Below are positions 23,394-31,774 of a stretch of DNA of 38,296 nucleotides, one piece after another; within the stretch, counting starts at the first letter, position 1, and each line of letters starts with the position of its first letter. The notes beneath the pieces were generated by a model that was not told where the DNA came from, did no database searches, and was given only the letters and a program-made list of their open reading frames with translations. The stretch lies in the IMG/VR virus record IMGVR_UViG_3300030397_000597, positions 1 to 38,296 of that record; one strand, written 5' to 3'. The translations under genes were made by a program, and so were the position numbers. This stretch comes from a virus.

Positions 23394-24286
23394 TGGCGAT
23401 AGTAGCTCCACCAAGAGATGAATTGATAGAGGCTTTCCACGGTAGGCCTTCTCAGAGAGTAATTCTCTGGTTTCTGCAAGTGGCTGAGGCTTTGAACAAT
23501 TCTGCATCCGCTACCGAGGCAGTAGTAGATGATTTGACGCGTAGCTCCGCGATGTTCGCTTTATTTCAGGAATCGACAAAAAGAGCAGATGATAATTCTG
23601 CAATGGTAGCGACTTTTGATGCTCTAATATCTCAGAATCGAGCACTGTTGGAGAAATGCAAATTGTCAATTGGATATCTTGATAATCTTATTTGTTCATT
23701 AGCGGTTAAAAATTCTCAGAACCGAGCGGATATAGAGCGTATTCTAGAAGTTATAGACAGTATAAATGTCGATTTGGCTACGATAAATCAAACTTTGGCA
23801 GATCACGAGAATTTAATAGCCAGTGTTATGGCTCTGACTTATCAGAATAAAGCGGAGATATTAGAAAATAAAAAGAAATTAAATCAGTTAATGGATGACC
23901 TTTCAGATCTTGATAATCTGGTTTCGGGTCTTCAATCTGCAACGATTTCTAATGCTGCAGAGCTGGATTTAGCTTTTGCTCAAATAGCAGATAACAGCAG
24001 TCTGCTGGTTTCTTTTGAAACAAATATAAGCAGAAATTCAGCTTTTATTGACTCTTTAAAAGGGGATCTTTTAGATAACGAGCAGTTTTCCCAATCGTTA
24101 TTATCTCAGATCACTGGTAATTTGTCGCAAATACATGTAAATTCAGAACAGTTAGAAGTGGTATCCCAATTGATTTCAGCTTTGCAAGCTCAAGTGGCTG
24201 GAAATACTGCGGGAATATTAAAAAACGAAATGTCAATAGAGGACTTGTGTAATTTATTCAATGGGATGTCAGCTTTTCACTGTTAG
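23393..24286 (+). CDS. Coiled-coil tail needle / plug protein (gp26-like role)
   Basis: 297 aa with long heptad-like Leu/Ile/Asn/Gln-rich segments. Located after the gp10-like gene, as in P22. Confidence 0.45.
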   Translation: MAIVAPPRDELIEAFHGRPSQRVILWFLQVAEALNNSASATEAVVDDLTRSSAMFALFQESTKRADDNSAMVATFDALISQNRALLEKCKLSIGYLDNLICSLAVKNSQNRADIERILEVIDSINVDLATINQTLADHENLIASVMALTYQNKAEILENKKKLNQLMDDLSDLDNLVSGLQSATISNAAELDLAFAQIADNSSLLVSFETNISRNSAFIDSLKGDLLDNEQFSQSLLSQITGNLSQIHVNSEQLEVVSQLISALQAQVAGNTAGILKNEMSIEDLCNLFNGMSAFHC

Positions 24287-25037
24287 GCCAGACCCAAGCT
24301 TTATCCAACAAGTGGCATTAGGCCATTTTCCGGGGTACAAGATTGTTCATAAGTATGGTCTTAATCCGAATATTGGGGCGGGTACCGACGAAGATATATG
24401 GGATACTGGGGGTGTTAAGCAATATTTCACTACAGCCGCAACCCTTAATATCGATTCGACGAACGGTAATGATACGGCAGGAGGTACAGGATTACAGACT
24501 GTTTTAATCCGAGGTCTAGACGGATCGTATAATGAAGTGGAAGAAATTGTTACTATGAATGGGACTCCTAACGTAGTGACTGTCAATTCTTATCTTCGGC
24601 TTAATGACATGATAGGGTTAACTGTAGGTTCTGCAGGTGAAAATGTAGGAGATATTCGGGCAAGAACTGGAGGAGCTGCTACAGAACAAGGTAGGATTGA
24701 ATCCAATCCTGGACTGGGGAGAGGTAGATTTTCGCATTATACTGTTCCGGCAAATTGGGAAGGGTTATTGTTTAATCTATCCGCTACTATGAACGGTACA
24801 GAAAATGCAAAGGAAGGAACAGTTTATTTTTTAACCAGAACCGCCCCTGATGCCCCATGGATTTATAACCATGGTATAGGCTTATCTAACAGAGCTACAT
24901 CACATAGTTCTGATTTTTATCCGGAAGGATCTTTCTATTTAGCCCCTCAAACGGATATAAAAGGCTTCGGAGACGCCGAAGACGGAACAACAAAACTAGC
25001 AATCGCTTACAGCATTCTATTGAGGAGAATTGCATAA
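24261..25037 (+). CDS. Conserved phage structural protein of unknown function (258 aa)
   Basis: 'VHKYGLNPNIGAGTDEDIWDTGG...GGTGLQTVLIRGLDGSYNEVEEIVTMNGT' is a pattern I recall from uncharacterised virion proteins of other podoviruses. The start could instead be GTG 24312. Confidence 0.4.
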   Translation: MGCQLFTVRPDPSFIQQVALGHFPGYKIVHKYGLNPNIGAGTDEDIWDTGGVKQYFTTAATLNIDSTNGNDTAGGTGLQTVLIRGLDGSYNEVEEIVTMNGTPNVVTVNSYLRLNDMIGLTVGSAGENVGDIRARTGGAATEQGRIESNPGLGRGRFSHYTVPANWEGLLFNLSATMNGTENAKEGTVYFLTRTAPDAPWIYNHGIGLSNRATSHSSDFYPEGSFYLAPQTDIKGFGDAEDGTTKLAIAYSILLRRIA

Positions 25038-25384
25038 TGGCTATAGTAGCAGCACAGGAATTAGTAAACGGACTTAATATACCTGACACGTCCGGGGTTC
25101 TTTATACAGTACCCGGAACGTTTAACCGGATGAAGCTGGACATGTGCAGAATCGTAAACCACACAGCGGTACCGGTTACGGTTAATTTGTGGATTTTGCA
25201 GAACGGAGAGATAGAAGCTGATAACTTCAAAGTGCTGGTAGATTACGTATTACCAGGCAACGGCTCAGAATTGATTGGGCAGATGATAGGTTCGGTTATT
25301 GATACTGGCGGCGTCATTAGAGGACTTGCGTCGGTTGCAACTTCGGTCAGCTTCAGCGCAACAGGATTAGGTTTTACGACTTAA
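25037..25384 (+). CDS. Hypothetical virion-module protein (115 aa)
   Basis: ATGA-type coupling to both neighbours. No domain recognised. Confidence 0.5.
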   Translation: MAIVAAQELVNGLNIPDTSGVLYTVPGTFNRMKLDMCRIVNHTAVPVTVNLWILQNGEIEADNFKVLVDYVLPGNGSELIGQMIGSVIDTGGVIRGLASVATSVSFSATGLGFTT

Positions 25385-25809
25385 TGTTGGGTTTCAATCT
25401 TATTGAATCGGAAGACTTCAGTAAGATAAATTTTCTCACTGGAGACTCTCGACCGGTTGAAATTGATAAAAACGATGATACGTTACTATTAATACTCAGT
25501 GAGGATAAACCTATAGGGTTTTTCATTTTAGGATTAATCGATGGAGATGTTAAACATAACTTTGCTCATTTTTTTCTTCTGCCTCATGGTAGGCGGCATA
25601 GCACTTTCGTTATGAGAGAAATTGTTAAGTATTTCTTTTGCCGGTTATGGTTAAAAAATCCGGTTTGGCATTGTACAGTAGACAAAGAAGCAAAAGACGT
25701 AAGGCATTTTGTCAACCGTATAGGTTTTAATTTGAGTTTTGTTCATGGAACAGAAAGATATTACAAAGTAGATTTCAGGAGTTTATATGTCCACCTTGTT
25801 CGGGGCTGA
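25384..25809 (+). CDS. Possible GNAT-fold (acetyltransferase-like) protein inside the virion module
   Basis: 141 aa. 'PIGFFILGLIDGD...FFLLPHGRRHSTFVMREIVKYF...FVNRIGFNL' loosely follows the GNAT beta4-alphaA and C-terminal 'F-x-x-x-GF' pattern. This is a weak, memory-based match. Confidence 0.25.
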   Translation: MLGFNLIESEDFSKINFLTGDSRPVEIDKNDDTLLLILSEDKPIGFFILGLIDGDVKHNFAHFFLLPHGRRHSTFVMREIVKYFFCRLWLKNPVWHCTVDKEAKDVRHFVNRIGFNLSFVHGTERYYKVDFRSLYVHLVRG

Positions 25810-26467
25810 CAGAAAGGCTGCAAAAGCCCAGATAAAAGCAGCAGAAGAAGCGTCTACAGCGCAACTGCAAGCTCAGGATAAAGCTCTTGCAGCTCAGGAA
25901 AAAGGATTCCTTCGTGCACAAGACCTCATTGGTTCTTTAATTGATGAAGATTCTCAGGCACTTAACATATCAAGAGCGTTAACAGGAGCTTTAGGGCCGG
26001 AAGCACAGCAGGAAGCAATTGCTAATTTTCAGGAAGACCCTGGAACTCAGTTTATACGTGAACAGGGTGAGCGATCTATCCGTAACCGTGCGGCGGCTAC
26101 CGGCGGCTTAGGTGGGCCGAACCTTACCAAAGAATTGATCAGGTTCAATCAAGGTTTAGCCAATCAAGGTCTCCAGCAGCGTATAGGCAACCTTGTTAAT
26201 ATCGGGAATATCGATACTGGACTTAAAACAAGTCTTGCCAATTTAGCTACCGGGCAAGGTGCTGCCAGCGCTCAAGGGGCCACAAACGTCGGTAACATTC
26301 TGGCAGGTCTGTCTACTACTAAAGGCGGAGTGAGAGCGCAAAGGGCTTTGAATGAAAGGGATGCTTTAGCTTCAGGTCTTGTCGGGTTAGGAACTACTAT
26401 AGCATCCGGCGGGTTACTGCCTCCAGGGTTATCCCAAGGGTTAACCGCGGGTTTGCAGCTTTTTTAA
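25787..26467 (+). CDS. Internal virion / ejection protein (Gly/Ala/Gln-rich, 226 aa)
   Basis: AGGAG SD. Low-complexity 'GLGGPN...GQGAASAQGATNVGN...GGLLPPGLSQGLTAGL' typical of podovirus internal proteins. Its position matches the P22 gp7/gp20/gp16 block. Confidence 0.45.
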   Translation: MSTLFGADRKAAKAQIKAAEEASTAQLQAQDKALAAQEKGFLRAQDLIGSLIDEDSQALNISRALTGALGPEAQQEAIANFQEDPGTQFIREQGERSIRNRAAATGGLGGPNLTKELIRFNQGLANQGLQQRIGNLVNIGNIDTGLKTSLANLATGQGAASAQGATNVGNILAGLSTTKGGVRAQRALNERDALASGLVGLGTTIASGGLLPPGLSQGLTAGLQLF

Positions 26468-26486
26468 TGTTGGGGAGATTTTTAAC

Positions 26487-27896
26487 ATGGTAGATTTAGG
26501 AAAGGCTTTAAGTTTAGGGTTACAAGGGTTGGCTTCCGGTGCCGCGGGGTTCGCTACAAAAAACCCTACAATTTTACAAGACTCCATAAACAGAGCAATC
26601 CAACAGAAGCAGCAGGTCAAATCTAATCAGTTGGCTAATCAAGGTGCACAACTTGAGATTGATAAGCGGCAAAAACAATTGGGTTTTCTTCTTGACGGGG
26701 CCAAACGTAAACGTGCTGTAGAGGATGCTTTGAAGATACAACAGGCCAAAACCCCGCAAGCTAAACAGGCTATACTCCAAGGACGGATAGCGGGATTGCT
26801 CAAAGACGACCCTAATGCAGACATATCAGATTCCCTAACCGCTTTGAAAACTCTGCAAACAGATCCTGCTTTATTCAATGAAGGTATCAAGTCCACTATC
26901 GCTGTCGGTCAGGCTTTCGGCGATATTACCCTACCTAAACCCGTAAAAGATGAGGGTAAAATTACAGAAAAACAAAGGTTCGCTTTAGCGCAGACACCTG
27001 AAGGTAGGCAACAGTTAAGAAATGTAGAGTTAGCTAAACAACTGCCTAAAGAACCTGCACAAGAGAAATTCAAAACAGAACAGGCTTTAGTAGACGGTAA
27101 ACCTGCATTTATTCAAATCGGAGATCAAGGGACTACCAAGGTTCTTGATGAAAGATTCCAACCGATAGGTAAAGCAGGACAGAGCATTACTACCACTTTA
27201 CCGGATGGGACTACGACTACTTTTACTCAAGGCGGCACTGCACAAGGACAAGGAGGCAAAGATCCATCAGTTGCTACAGCCCCGGTCAGAAATAAACTTC
27301 AGCAGCAGATTATAGACAACGAACAATTGGTTGGTAGTTTGACTCAGATTAAGTCAGATCTACAAACTAAATTCTTAACAACCCCCGGTAAGTTTGAGAA
27401 TGCAGTACGGATAATAAAAGACAAGCTTAAAAGCGAAACTTTAAGTAAAGTCCCTTTATTTGGTAAATTTTTTGAAGGGTTATCTCCAGAAGAGCAAAGA
27501 GAAGTAGAAGAGTTCCAGAACTTCACAACCCAAGCCGAAACCGCTTTTGTACAGTTTGTTAAGTCTATTTCCGGTGCTCAGGTATCAGAAAAAGAAATGG
27601 AAAGGTTGAAAGGGGCTTTTATAAATATGGATCAAGGCCCTACTCAATTCGCACAAGCTTTAGATACTATAATCAGGGAGACCAACCGAGCTGACAGGAT
27701 ATCAAAGAGATTACTTGCCCAGGGCTTCAGTCTGGAAGAAGACGACAAAGCAGGACAAGCGGAATTCTCAAGACTTGTTCAAGGTGGTTTTAACATGGAT
27801 GCCCAACAAAGAGTTAATATGCTTATTGACCAAGGGATACCCCCTCAAGAAGTTAAAGCTCAATTGATAATGGAAGGTTATGATATAGGTGATTAA
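26487..27896 (+). CDS. Internal virion / ejection protein (469 aa)
   Basis: GGGGAGA SD. Gln/Lys-rich helical protein in the ejection-protein position. Confidence 0.45.
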   Translation: MVDLGKALSLGLQGLASGAAGFATKNPTILQDSINRAIQQKQQVKSNQLANQGAQLEIDKRQKQLGFLLDGAKRKRAVEDALKIQQAKTPQAKQAILQGRIAGLLKDDPNADISDSLTALKTLQTDPALFNEGIKSTIAVGQAFGDITLPKPVKDEGKITEKQRFALAQTPEGRQQLRNVELAKQLPKEPAQEKFKTEQALVDGKPAFIQIGDQGTTKVLDERFQPIGKAGQSITTTLPDGTTTTFTQGGTAQGQGGKDPSVATAPVRNKLQQQIIDNEQLVGSLTQIKSDLQTKFLTTPGKFENAVRIIKDKLKSETLSKVPLFGKFFEGLSPEEQREVEEFQNFTTQAETAFVQFVKSISGAQVSEKEMERLKGAFINMDQGPTQFAQALDTIIRETNRADRISKRLLAQGFSLEEDDKAGQAEFSRLVQGGFNMDAQQRVNMLIDQGIPPQEVKAQLIMEGYDIGD

Positions 27897-30142
27897 TGCC
27901 TGAATCTTTCGAAACCTTACTGGCTAATAGCCAAAAGAGATCAGAGACAGCAGGTTCTCCTCAGTCTTTCGAAGCTTTATTGTCTAATTCCATGGCTAGA
28001 AGTCAACCACAACAATCCGCTACCCAGGGAACGGGTGGCTTCACAGCTCCCGATCCTCCTTCCGGGATACAAGAAGCCACCCCTGCTCCTACTGCCCCCG
28101 ATCTTACTTTTACACAGCAAGCCCAGAACATTGGTCAGGCCGCCCGATCAATTGCTGATACTGCTATTGATGCAGCTCCGGCAGTAGAAGGCATACGTAG
28201 CTTGGTTACCGATGCGTTTACTGGTAAAAGTAAAGAAACAGAACAAACCCGGAAGTTCCCTGAACTCAGTTTAGAGATTGGTGGCGATGTTATGAAAGAG
28301 ATCCCTACTCTAGCCGGACGTGTAAAGACTTCTATACAGAATTTAGTATCAACAGACCCCCAAGATATGATAACAACTTTACAGAGTGTTGTTCCGGGAC
28401 TTGATGATTTTGAGGATAGTAAAGGTAATAAGTTTGTTACGTTCCCTTCAGGTAAAACTTTCCAAGTTAACAAAGCTGGGTTTTCCAAAGCCGATGTCGA
28501 ACCGTTAGTAGCTGAAACCTTAGCTCATGCCGTTGGTGGGCAAGGAGTTGCCAAACTAGGTTTGAAAGGGTTAATGGGAAGAATAGCCTCGGCGTTCGGC
28601 GTAGAACTTGGTCAGGAGTCCGTTAGTAAAGGTGTCGGAGCTAAAGGAGAATTCGACACTTCAGAAGCTTTACTGGCTGGAGGGATAGAAGCAGGTTTAG
28701 GTATAGCTAAGCAAGTTCCGGGCTTAGCTAAGTTTGCTAAAGATAAAGGCGGGGAAATAGTTAAAAGACAGTTACGAAGAGTAAGCGATGTGGCTTTAGG
28801 TTCTAAAGAAGCTGCCGGTCTCTTTCAGCCTAAAACCCCTGTTCTATCTAAAGCAGTGCAAGCTACACGAGACAAAGTAATAGCAAGATCTAACGATGCA
28901 GCTGTAAAGTTTTTTGACGGTCTTGAAACTGGTAAATTTAGTAAAGCGAAATCTGTACAAGATCTGCAGAAAGTAACTAAGTCAATAATCGAAGGGAAGT
29001 TTAACGCCAGAAAAACCGAAGGCGGGAAATTGTTCAAGGGAGCTTTCAAAGCGGCGAATGATGCTAAAGTGAAAGTACCGGTTGACGACCTAATTAAGCA
29101 AATTGATGCTGATATACTGAAAGCAGGGGCAGGCAGTAAGGGTACTAAAATTCTTGAACAACAAATTAAAAACGCTAAAGGCCCTGAAAAGAAGAAATTA
29201 AAAAAGCTTTTATCTTTTAAAACTGACCAAGTTAAAGCTTTTGAAAAGATGAAAACTATGATTCAACAAGCTTCTAAGAATCTGGACTCCGGGTCAAATG
29301 CCGAAGCTTTAGCTTTAGTTAAACAAAATTTGTTCTTTGAGGTCGATAAACTTGCACGTAAAGGCAGCAGAGGGTTAGCTAATCAGACTAAAGCTAAAGT
29401 CCAAAATTACTGGTCTTTGCTTCGTAACAACCTTATTAAAAGTGTACCCGGTTACGAGAAATCTCTTGACGAATTCATTAAACGGTCAGGGGATATAGAG
29501 AAAGCTACTGCTATATTTCAAGGTCTCCATGAATTAGAAGGCGGGAAAGCCGCCAAGATATCTAAGAATCTTTTCAATTCTAACATTACCCCTGTAGAAA
29601 ATCTCCGGCAAATAAAGTCTGTTCTGAAAAAGTCAGGTACCTCAGCTTGGGAAGGACTCCAGCAATCTCACATTGTTAATGAGGCAGAGCAGCTTGGTAA
29701 TGTCCCCAATGAGCAGTTTGCCTCGAAGTTGTTCGATCGGCTCTTTTCTAAAGCCGGTGAATCCAACCCTTTCGTCAAGACTCTTAATCCCGACCAACGG
29801 AACAATGTCAATAAGATCCGCAAACTTGTTCGGGCTTTGCCTGACGGGAGATCTTCTAGTGGCAGTACGGTACTCAATGAAGCTTACGATAAGCAGATAA
29901 AAGAATTGGGTCTGGATTCTCTGGACCCGGAAGTTAAAAATCAAATTAAATCTCAACTAACTATAAAAATACTAAACGATAGCGGTTTGGTAAGTAAACT
30001 CGCCAAACTCCCCACGAAAACAGATAGTCGAGTTTTCGGTCAAGTGAGAGATCAGATGAAAAATCTGATCACAGAAGCTATGGTCGAAGTAGATAATCTA
30101 CGACTTGTTCAGGGTTTAGATAACATAACAGAAGGCGAGTAA
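27896..30142 (+). CDS. Large internal virion / ejection protein (748 aa)
   Basis: The largest late ORF after the spike. Lys-rich and helical, occupying the gp16/gp20-like position. No muralytic motif recognised. Confidence 0.45.
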   Translation: MPESFETLLANSQKRSETAGSPQSFEALLSNSMARSQPQQSATQGTGGFTAPDPPSGIQEATPAPTAPDLTFTQQAQNIGQAARSIADTAIDAAPAVEGIRSLVTDAFTGKSKETEQTRKFPELSLEIGGDVMKEIPTLAGRVKTSIQNLVSTDPQDMITTLQSVVPGLDDFEDSKGNKFVTFPSGKTFQVNKAGFSKADVEPLVAETLAHAVGGQGVAKLGLKGLMGRIASAFGVELGQESVSKGVGAKGEFDTSEALLAGGIEAGLGIAKQVPGLAKFAKDKGGEIVKRQLRRVSDVALGSKEAAGLFQPKTPVLSKAVQATRDKVIARSNDAAVKFFDGLETGKFSKAKSVQDLQKVTKSIIEGKFNARKTEGGKLFKGAFKAANDAKVKVPVDDLIKQIDADILKAGAGSKGTKILEQQIKNAKGPEKKKLKKLLSFKTDQVKAFEKMKTMIQQASKNLDSGSNAEALALVKQNLFFEVDKLARKGSRGLANQTKAKVQNYWSLLRNNLIKSVPGYEKSLDEFIKRSGDIEKATAIFQGLHELEGGKAAKISKNLFNSNITPVENLRQIKSVLKKSGTSAWEGLQQSHIVNEAEQLGNVPNEQFASKLFDRLFSKAGESNPFVKTLNPDQRNNVNKIRKLVRALPDGRSSSGSTVLNEAYDKQIKELGLDSLDPEVKNQIKSQLTIKILNDSGLVSKLAKLPTKTDSRVFGQVRDQMKNLITEAMVEVDNLRLVQGLDNITEGE

Positions 30143-30418
30143 ATGGAAGGCTCAGAAACAAGAATAGGTTTAATCACTTTGCAAGAAAAAGTCGCATACC
30201 TAGAGACAGTGGTCAAAGAAATAAAGGACAATTCCGTGACACATTCAGACATAGAAGTCCTTAAAGTGGGCATAAACAATGTTGAAAAGTCCATGAAGGA
30301 CATAAAACTGGATTTGCTTCCTTTAAGAGACTATAAAATAGTAAGGAGTATATGCTTCAGTACTGTTACCATAGTACTGCTTTACGTAGCTACTGAAATC
30401 ATAAAAGGAGCTTTATAA
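30143..30418 (+). CDS. XhlA-like lysis-associated membrane protein (coiled coil plus C-terminal TM)
   Basis: 91 aa. N-terminal amphipathic coiled coil followed by 'IVRSICFSTVTIVLLYVATEII'. The architecture resembles PBSX XhlA. Sits at the end of the late operon. Confidence 0.35.
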   Translation: MEGSETRIGLITLQEKVAYLETVVKEIKDNSVTHSDIEVLKVGINNVEKSMKDIKLDLLPLRDYKIVRSICFSTVTIVLLYVATEIIKGAL

Positions 30419-30702
30419 TGAAAAATTTAATATTGGCAACATTGATCATGTTGAACTTTGGATGCGCTACAGCTTTCGTAGATCAGGAAGGGGTTGCAGC
30501 TTTCACTTTGGCAAGGAATATCGAGGTTTCAGATTGTAACGATTGTGAGAACGGATCTGAAGAAATGCCCAAAGTCAAAATAAGCACAAGTAAAGAACAA
30601 ACTTCGACTTTGAATTCGGTATTTGGAGGATTGTTCGGGGCAATTAAAGCTGTCGCTGTAGGAATTTTACCGAGAGGTGTTGCAATTCCTTCAGATTCGT
30701 AG
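30418..30702 (+). CDS. Lipoprotein-like protein with C-terminal hydrophobic segment (unimolecular-spanin-like architecture)
   Basis: 94 aa. Signal peptide with an imperfect lipobox 'LNFGC'. C-terminal 'VFGGLFGAIKAVAVGIL'. ATGA overlap with the previous ORF. Confidence 0.35.
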   Translation: MKNLILATLIMLNFGCATAFVDQEGVAAFTLARNIEVSDCNDCENGSEEMPKVKISTSKEQTSTLNSVFGGLFGAIKAVAVGILPRGVAIPSDS

Positions 30703-30732
30703 TATAATATATACGACAAACACATTAGACCC

Positions 30733-30787
30733 AACCCCGTATTCTTGTGAGTTAACTAACCGGTCTCATTAAGGATGCGGGGTTTTT
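30733..30787. terminator. Hairpin between the convergent arms (candidate bidirectional terminator)
   Basis: AACCCCG (30733-30739) pairs with CGGGGTT (30778-30784) around a partly self-complementary 38-nt loop and is followed by TTTTT on the plus strand. It lies between the stop codons at 30702 (+) and 30790 (-). Confidence 0.4.
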
Positions 30788-30789
30788 AT

Positions 30790-31377
30790 TTACCCCCCCC
30801 ATTGTTTGGCCATAGCTTTAGCAATCCCTTCGTAGGTTTTGCTTCTTAGTTTACTTCTGTCAGCCCCAGGCGACATATAGTGTATTCGATTTCTTTCCTT
30901 TTTAGGCTTATTTTTGAATTCTTCGTAAACAATATTCGTTGGTGTAAGGAGAGGGAGTCCTTTTAGCCATAGACACGTAGCTTTGGACTCAGGATGGCCG
31001 AATTGCCAAGGTTGGATGATTTGATCAGGCTTACGGTATTTTGTTGACATTATACCGACAGGGTTTTCAATAGCTATTCGAGGGCAGGAATTGTTCACCA
31101 GCTTCATGAAAAAGTTGATTGCTTTTTGCTGTCTGCCGTCAGCTTGTTTCTCTTTGAACCATCGAGCACCACTTGAAGCAAGGTGTGTGCAAGGAGGGAA
31201 AGCTATTATCATGTCCCATTTCCATAAGATAGCTATCTCAGCATCTATTTGAAAATGTAAGTCAGGACGACCACCTGAAGGGGGTTGTATATCACAAGAA
31301 AACGCTTTATAACCAAGTTTTCTGAATGATTTGGTTACTGTTTGAGATTCTTCACAGGCTATTAAAATACGCTTCAT
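30790..31377 (-). CDS. Mini C5-cytosine-methyltransferase-like protein (motifs IV and VI only)
   Basis: 195 aa. 'AFPPCTHLASSG' corresponds to the PC catalytic motif IV and 'IAIENPVG' to ENV motif VI. The N-terminus 'ILIACEESQTV' replaces the FxGxG SAM loop. The protein is too short to carry a target-recognition domain. Confidence 0.5.
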   Translation of the reverse strand: MKRILIACEESQTVTKSFRKLGYKAFSCDIQPPSGGRPDLHFQIDAEIAILWKWDMIIAFPPCTHLASSGARWFKEKQADGRQQKAINFFMKLVNNSCPRIAIENPVGIMSTKYRKPDQIIQPWQFGHPESKATCLWLKGLPLLTPTNIVYEEFKNKPKKERNRIHYMSPGADRSKLRSKTYEGIAKAMAKQWGG

Positions 31378-31774
31378 CGTTTTTCCTATGTTTACGCCAA
31401 GCCCACCATCCTCCTAGAACAACTCCCCAATACATAGCAATCCGTTTCCACTTCTTGCATGTTGACTTTATAAGAAGCTCTTCGAAGATGGCATCGCATT
31501 CATGCCTGGTAAGATCCATTTCTCTTAGGATCTTCGGGTGAAGCAATGTGGGGTTTTTATATAGGTAATCGTGAATTACTGCTGCCGATGTGTATTTCCC
31601 AAAAGGCGGCAGGATTCCCCATAAAACCCTCGGGATGCTCGCAAAATCTGTCGTGAAGCCTTCCGGCACTTCAATAATCGAATTAGTAAATTCCACGTAA
31701 ACTTTCAAGTCTTTAGTGAGTTTCCAGACATTAGAATCAATCTGTTTTACTTCGGGGTATTCTATACTATCCAT
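31352..31774 (-). CDS. DUF1353-family protein with C-terminal TM segment
   Basis: 'PEGFTTDFASIPRVLW...GKYTSAAVIHDYLY' is the DUF1353 signature. The C-terminal 'IAMYWGVVLGGWWAW' is hydrophobic. Confidence 0.6.
   Translation of the reverse strand: MDSIEYPEVKQIDSNVWKLTKDLKVYVEFTNSIIEVPEGFTTDFASIPRVLWGILPPFGKYTSAAVIHDYLYKNPTLLHPKILREMDLTRHECDAIFEELLIKSTCKKWKRIAMYWGVVLGGWWAWRKHRKNDEAYFNSL

Noticed and set aside
23393-25060. Identical 'MAIVA' N-termini of 23393..24286 and 25037..25384 as a shared anchoring motif
   Set aside because: Five residues are too few to distinguish from chance, and the similarity does not continue.
10998-29956. Numerous 60-140-aa antisense or out-of-frame ORFs inside large late genes, for example 11917..12324, 12556..12924, 19850..20266, 28135..28488 and 29642..29956
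   Set aside because: They are nested within long, homology-supported CDSs on the opposite strand or in another frame. They lack RBSs and have skewed composition (Arg/Ser/Cys/Thr-rich), typical of antisense readings.
31704-31740. TTGAAA -35-like box on the minus strand inside the DUF1353 gene
   Set aside because: The sequence 17 nt downstream (TAATTC) is a poor -10 box, and the TG-TATA signature of the other promoters is missing.
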